Assembly (NCBI GenBank): GCA_002498725.1
Contig: DAIJ01000032.1
Span: 1 to 62,704, forward strand
Direction of reading: 5' to 3'
DNA length: 62,704 bases
DNA from: Euryarchaeota archaeon UBA23
GTDB taxonomy: Archaea; Thermoplasmatota; Poseidoniia; Poseidoniales; Thalassarchaeaceae
Shown here piece by piece: positions 58,038 through 62,704 of the stretch. Position numbers and translations under genes: made by a program. The notes under the pieces are model-generated. The model did no database searches and had not been told where the DNA came from. It worked only from the letters and a program-made list of their open reading frames with translations. Within the stretch, counting starts at the first letter, position 1; the number at the start of each line of letters is the position of its first letter.

Positions 58038-60749
58038 ATGGTGGTGAATCAAGTGGGTAAGCGTTCAATGCTAGACCAATATGCCGAAATAAAGGCGCAG
58101 CACCCCGACACCATCCTTTTCTTTAGAATGGGTGATTTCTATGAGATGTTCTATGAAGATGCAGTTATAGCATCAGAAGTATTAGGAATTACTCTAACCA
58201 GTCGCGATAAAAATTCAGACAATCCAGTACCCATGGCTGGAGTCCCTTGGCACTCAGTTGAATCTTACCTTCAAGGGATGCTTAGAGCCGGACACAAGGT
58301 TACACTTTGTGAGCAAGAAGACGAGTTGAGACCGGGATCAAAGATACTTGAGCGAATAGTTACTCGGGTCTATACCCCTGGTTCATTGTATGAAGAGGAT
58401 CTTATTGGAGAAGATGGAACCAGTCTTCTTGCAGGAATAGTACCTCGTGGGGATGGATTAGGAATTGCTATTCTTGACTCCTCAACAGGAAGGGCTTGGT
58501 TACAGGAACATTCAGGTCCAGGACGACATGAAAGAGTTCATGATGAATTACAACGTTGGAATCCAAGTGAAATCGTAGTAAGTCGTCGTGAAGCAGACAA
58601 TCATGATGTGAGAGATATTCTTAATTCTCTTGATGGAGTCACAATGAGTGTTCATGAAGGAACTACTAAACAACATATTCAAGTTGTTAGAGAACATCTG
58701 AATTTAGTGGATCTAGGATCTGTTGACTTAGATCGTAGACCTCTAGCTCTTGAGGCCTGTGGATTAGCAGCAGGTTACCTAGCCAAGTTACATCTCGTTG
58801 ATGTAGTGCCTTTGCAAGAGGTTCATTTTGATACCGATGATGGACATTTGGTATTAGATCAGACAACACTTCGGAATCTAGAACTTACTAACACTCTAGC
58901 AGGAGAGAAGGAAGGTTCATTATTGCAATCTATTGATTCTACAAGAACATGGATGGGTAGACGACAATTGAAGGAATGGATTCTTCGGCCACTAACTAGT
59001 CTTGAGATAATCGCATCAAGACAATCAGCAGTTGCAAGCCTGATGCGAGCACCTAGGCGTCTTGATTTAATCAGAGAATCTCTAAAATCAATGCGCGACC
59101 TTGAACGATTATCAACACGTTTAGCTTATGGTAGAGCAAATGCGCGTGATTTGATTGCGGTTGCCGACTGTCTTGAAAGGTTGCCAAGATTACAGGGTTT
59201 ACTTTCAGAAGGCGATTCAGAGTTATTACACAATTGTGCTGAAGGTTTGTCAGATCTTGATCCCCTAATGCATCACATTGCATCTAGAATAGTCGAGGAT
59301 CCGCCATTGACTATTAGAGATGGAGGGATTTTCCAAATCGGAGTGAATGAGACTTTGGATGATCTGAAGAAAAAGACCGGAGAGGGCACGGATTGGCTGA
59401 AAAATTTTGAATCTAGAGAGAGGGAAAGACTCGATATACCAAGTTTGAAAGTAAAGCACAATAGACAGTTTGGTTTCTTTATTGAAGTAACTAAATCTCA
59501 TCTAGATAAGGTTCCTGAAGAGTATCGTAGAAGACAGACTATGACTAACGCAGAAAGGTATACTACGGATCAATTGAAGGAATGGGAAGATGTTATTCTA
59601 ACTGCAGATGATCGTGCTAAAGCCTTAGAGTATGAGTTATTTATTGAACTACGTAATGAGGTATCCTCACATACTTCTAATTTGAGTGCTTTAGCTCGCA
59701 AAGTAGCAACTGCTGATGTTCTTTCTTCCTTCGCCTACCATGCTCGTAAGAATTCTTGGAATAGACCCGAAATAAGACAGGATTTAATTATGGAAATCGT
59801 TGGAGGAAGACATCCTGTTTTAGAAGGAAACGGCCGTTTTGTACCCAATGATGTTACCTTTGATAAAAATCGCAAATTTCTTTTATTAACGGGGCCAAAT
59901 ATGGGTGGTAAATCCACTTATCTTCGTCAGGCCGCATTGGTTACTATTCTAGCGCAGGCAGGATCCTTTGTACCGGCTGATAAAGCAAAAATAGGAATAG
60001 TTGATCGTATTTTCACTCGAGTTGGTGCCCATGATGATCTACGTAGGGGGCGCTCGACATTTATGATGGAAATGATAGAGGTAGCACACATACTCCGCAG
60101 GGCCACTTCTAAAAGCTTAATATTATTAGATGAAGTTGGCCGTGGAACTTCTACTTTTGACGGATTAGCAATAGCATGGTCAGTGACAGAGGACATAGCC
60201 ACAAGAGTTGGTGCAAGGACTCTATTTGCAACACACTACCATCAGTTGGTAGGTCTAGAGAATGAGATAAATGGCCTAGTTAACATTCATGTTCAAGTTG
60301 CAGATGTAAATGGCGAGATAAAATTTCTACACACCGTTGCAGATGGTCCCTGTGATGATTCATATGGAGTCCAAGTAGCAGCATTAGCAGGCCTTCCTAG
60401 TGGGGTTGTTGAACGTGCAAGAGACTTGTTGATTTTCTTGGAGAATCAAGCACATGGTGCGCGTGCAGGAGGAGATGGGACTCCTGAATCTAGAGATTTA
60501 GGTCAGTCTAGTCTCTATGGTTGGATGCTTCCTACTAGGACCAGTTTGAATAGGACAGAAGAGGTAGTTCTTCCTACTGAATTGATCAATGAAGTCATTA
60601 TTCAAGAGGATCCTATTCTTAGAGAGATTTCCGAAAGACTCGATTCCATTGATCCAGATTCGCTTACTCCTCGTGAAGCTCTTGAGGCACTTTATGCAAT
60701 GAGGGCAGCATTGGAAAATTCAAAGGAATCCAAAAACTTGGAGGAGTAA
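58038..60749 (+). CDS. mutS: DNA mismatch repair protein MutS (MutS1)
   Basis: FFRMGDFYEMF, PMAGVP, TGPNMGGKSTY, STFMMEM, DEVGRGTST, FATHYH, SYGVQVA.LAGLP. Confidence 0.97.
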   Translation: MVVNQVGKRSMLDQYAEIKAQHPDTILFFRMGDFYEMFYEDAVIASEVLGITLTSRDKNSDNPVPMAGVPWHSVESYLQGMLRAGHKVTLCEQEDELRPGSKILERIVTRVYTPGSLYEEDLIGEDGTSLLAGIVPRGDGLGIAILDSSTGRAWLQEHSGPGRHERVHDELQRWNPSEIVVSRREADNHDVRDILNSLDGVTMSVHEGTTKQHIQVVREHLNLVDLGSVDLDRRPLALEACGLAAGYLAKLHLVDVVPLQEVHFDTDDGHLVLDQTTLRNLELTNTLAGEKEGSLLQSIDSTRTWMGRRQLKEWILRPLTSLEIIASRQSAVASLMRAPRRLDLIRESLKSMRDLERLSTRLAYGRANARDLIAVADCLERLPRLQGLLSEGDSELLHNCAEGLSDLDPLMHHIASRIVEDPPLTIRDGGIFQIGVNETLDDLKKKTGEGTDWLKNFESRERERLDIPSLKVKHNRQFGFFIEVTKSHLDKVPEEYRRRQTMTNAERYTTDQLKEWEDVILTADDRAKALEYELFIELRNEVSSHTSNLSALARKVATADVLSSFAYHARKNSWNRPEIRQDLIMEIVGGRHPVLEGNGRFVPNDVTFDKNRKFLLLTGPNMGGKSTYLRQAALVTILAQAGSFVPADKAKIGIVDRIFTRVGAHDDLRRGRSTFMMEMIEVAHILRRATSKSLILLDEVGRGTSTFDGLAIAWSVTEDIATRVGARTLFATHYHQLVGLENEINGLVNIHVQVADVNGEIKFLHTVADGPCDDSYGVQVAALAGLPSGVVERARDLLIFLENQAHGARAGGDGTPESRDLGQSSLYGWMLPTRTSLNRTEEVVLPTELINEVIIQEDPILREISERLDSIDPDSLTPREALEALYAMRAALENSKESKNLEE

Positions 60750-60751
60750 AG

Positions 60752-62704
60752 ATGGCTAAACTTGAGTCTTCTTCTCGCAATTCAATAAAGCAACTTGATG
60801 ATTTGACGATTGGCAAAATTGCTGCAGGAGAGGTAGTAGAGAGGCCGGCTCAAGTGGTAAAAGAATTAGTTGAGAATTCATTTGACGCTGGTGCTAAAAG
60901 GGTCCGTATCGAAATTGAAAGAGGAGGTTTTGATCGTATTACAGTGATTGATGATGGTAATGGTATTCCTGCTGATGAATTATTACTAGCAATAACAAGG
61001 CATGCTACTAGTAAATTGAATAATTCTGAGGATCTAAATTATATTGAAACAAAGGGTTTTCGTGGGGAAGCACTTGCTTCTATAGGTGCAGTAAGTGAAT
61101 TAACTGTTGCAAGCCGAATAAAAGAAAATGAAGGGTCTCAGATAACTCTTGATAATGGAATAATTTCTGAAATTGAGATTGTAGGTGTAGCCATAGGAAC
61201 ACGAATAGATGTTAGAGATATATTTTCGAAAGTACCAGCGCGTCTTTCATTCCAGCGTCGTCCTTCGACTGAAACTGCTGCAATTGTCGATGTAGGAGTC
61301 CAATTGGCACTATCCGAGCCTAATGCTGGATTGTTAGTAGTCGCCGATGGACGTACACTACTCGATTGTCCTCCCGCTAATTCTACAGAAGATCGTCTGT
61401 ACGATCTTTTTGGTTCTAAATCATCTGAACTAATACCACTAATAGTATCAGATGCTGACTCTACTGCTCCAGGTGAAGAAACTTGGTCCGGATGGATATC
61501 TCCACCAGGATTAACCCGCAGTCGACCTGATGACATCCATATTCTGGTAAATGGAAGGCCAGTCTCATCTGGTCCCTTTTTGCAGTCAGTAAGAAGAGGT
61601 TATCATACTCGCCTTATGGTGGGGCGGCATCCAATTGGGGTTCTCAAACTAGAACTTCCTACAACTGAAGTAGATGTTAATGTACATCCAACTAAGCGTG
61701 AAGTTCGGCTTAAGAATTCATGGAGAGTTTTGGAGCGTTTAGAGCGTTGTATAAAGTATACACTTTCTCATGTTGCCACAAAACCTGAGTTCAATCAAGA
61801 GACATACTTAGAAGAAGTTTCTAAAAATATTGACTCTGTAGAAAGTCGTTCAATTAATCCAAATAAAATTCCCGAATGGGCTAGTGCAGTAAGTGAAAAT
61901 CCGAAAATCCAAACACGTTTTTCAAGTATTAGAAATCCTGCCACCCCTACTCAAAAAATAGTTACATCTCAAATTTCAGAATCAACTACTGAACAGGAAA
62001 TCCTACCGGGCATGGAAAGTGATCCATTATCACCTCCCCTCTCTTCTGAGGAAAGAGAATTACATCGCCACGCAATAGGTAAATCCATATCTCCACTAGA
62101 TGAACCACCTCCAGAATCAGCCATCATTCCTGAACTTCCTAAAATGATTCCATTAGCACAGTTAGCTAATTCGTATATACTAGCAGAGGGGGATAACGAA
62201 CTATTCATTATAGATCAACACGCTCTTCATGAAAGAATACGCTATGAAAGACTACGAGATCAGATGGTCAGTTGGGAAGGACAAGAACTAGTATCTCCAT
62301 TGAGTTTTTCAGTTGGCGCTAATCAAAAGGCTGCTGCCGAGGCGAATAAAGAAAGGTTGAATGAAATTGGTATTTCTTTTGAAACATCAGGAGAAGGCAT
62401 CGAAATTACAAGTATACCTGAGGTATTGGTTGGAAGAGACGGAATAGACGACTTTCTTCAAGATCTTTTAATTGAAATTTCACAATCTTCTGATGGTAAA
62501 GGAGAACTTGATACTGTTTCAAATCTTAGAGATCATGTTGCCTTCATGCGTTCATGTAGAGGTGCTGTTAAAGCAAATGAAAAATTAGATTTAGCTCAGA
62601 TGCGTAGACTTCTTGATGACATGAGAACAATCCCTAATCCTTGGGCCTGCGTTCATGGAAGACCTACAATACTACGATTAACAATGCATCATTTGGACAG
62701 ACAT
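60752..62704 (+). CDS. mutL: DNA mismatch repair endonuclease MutL (last codons outside window)
   Basis: Read by hand: IAAGEVVERP...VKELVENS.DAGA, DDG.GI, RHATSK, GFRGEALASI, VDVNVHPTK.EVR, DQHALHERIRYE, CRGAVKAN, CVHGRPT. Confidence 0.96.
   Translation, partial: MAKLESSSRNSIKQLDDLTIGKIAAGEVVERPAQVVKELVENSFDAGAKRVRIEIERGGFDRITVIDDGNGIPADELLLAITRHATSKLNNSEDLNYIETKGFRGEALASIGAVSELTVASRIKENEGSQITLDNGIISEIEIVGVAIGTRIDVRDIFSKVPARLSFQRRPSTETAAIVDVGVQLALSEPNAGLLVVADGRTLLDCPPANSTEDRLYDLFGSKSSELIPLIVSDADSTAPGEETWSGWISPPGLTRSRPDDIHILVNGRPVSSGPFLQSVRRGYHTRLMVGRHPIGVLKLELPTTEVDVNVHPTKREVRLKNSWRVLERLERCIKYTLSHVATKPEFNQETYLEEVSKNIDSVESRSINPNKIPEWASAVSENPKIQTRFSSIRNPATPTQKIVTSQISESTTEQEILPGMESDPLSPPLSSEERELHRHAIGKSISPLDEPPPESAIIPELPKMIPLAQLANSYILAEGDNELFIIDQHALHERIRYERLRDQMVSWEGQELVSPLSFSVGANQKAAAEANKERLNEIGISFETSGEGIEITSIPEVLVGRDGIDDFLQDLLIEISQSSDGKGELDTVSNLRDHVAFMRSCRGAVKANEKLDLAQMRRLLDDMRTIPNPWACVHGRPTILRLTMHHLDRH

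Overview
Gene-dense, low-GC archaeal chromosome segment. The gene set (GatD, pelota, aIF2-gamma, eS6, uL16/L10e, Dph2, Cdc6, RPA, an A-type ATP synthase operon H-I-K-E-C-F-A-B-D) together with bacterial-type MutS/MutL, HemH, RNase PH, Fhs, class II HMG-CoA reductase and an LDLa-bearing surface protein suggests a Marine Group II euryarchaeon (Ca. Poseidoniales); this assignment is an inference. One tRNA-Phe(GAA) with encoded CCA is present. I saw no CRISPR array, IS element or rRNA. The main lead is a ~350-bp AT-rich intergenic region (49056-49408) carrying an array of AAWGCGTKAA boxes phased at about 11 bp around an ~80% AT spacer. It lies directly upstream of an uncharacterised P-loop/AAA+ - long acidic disordered linker - winged-helix protein, between smc-scpA-scpB and cdc6, and is a candidate non-canonical replicator, centromere-like site or autoregulated module. 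Other leads: a triple-SAP-domain protein abutting RPA; several apparent pseudoenzymes (HemC-like, site-2-protease-like, PfkB-like, half-degenerate PccB); a probable quinone side-chain cluster; a Cys-free aIF2-gamma zinc knuckle; a PIP-box in MutS; and several small ORFs missing from the ORF track.
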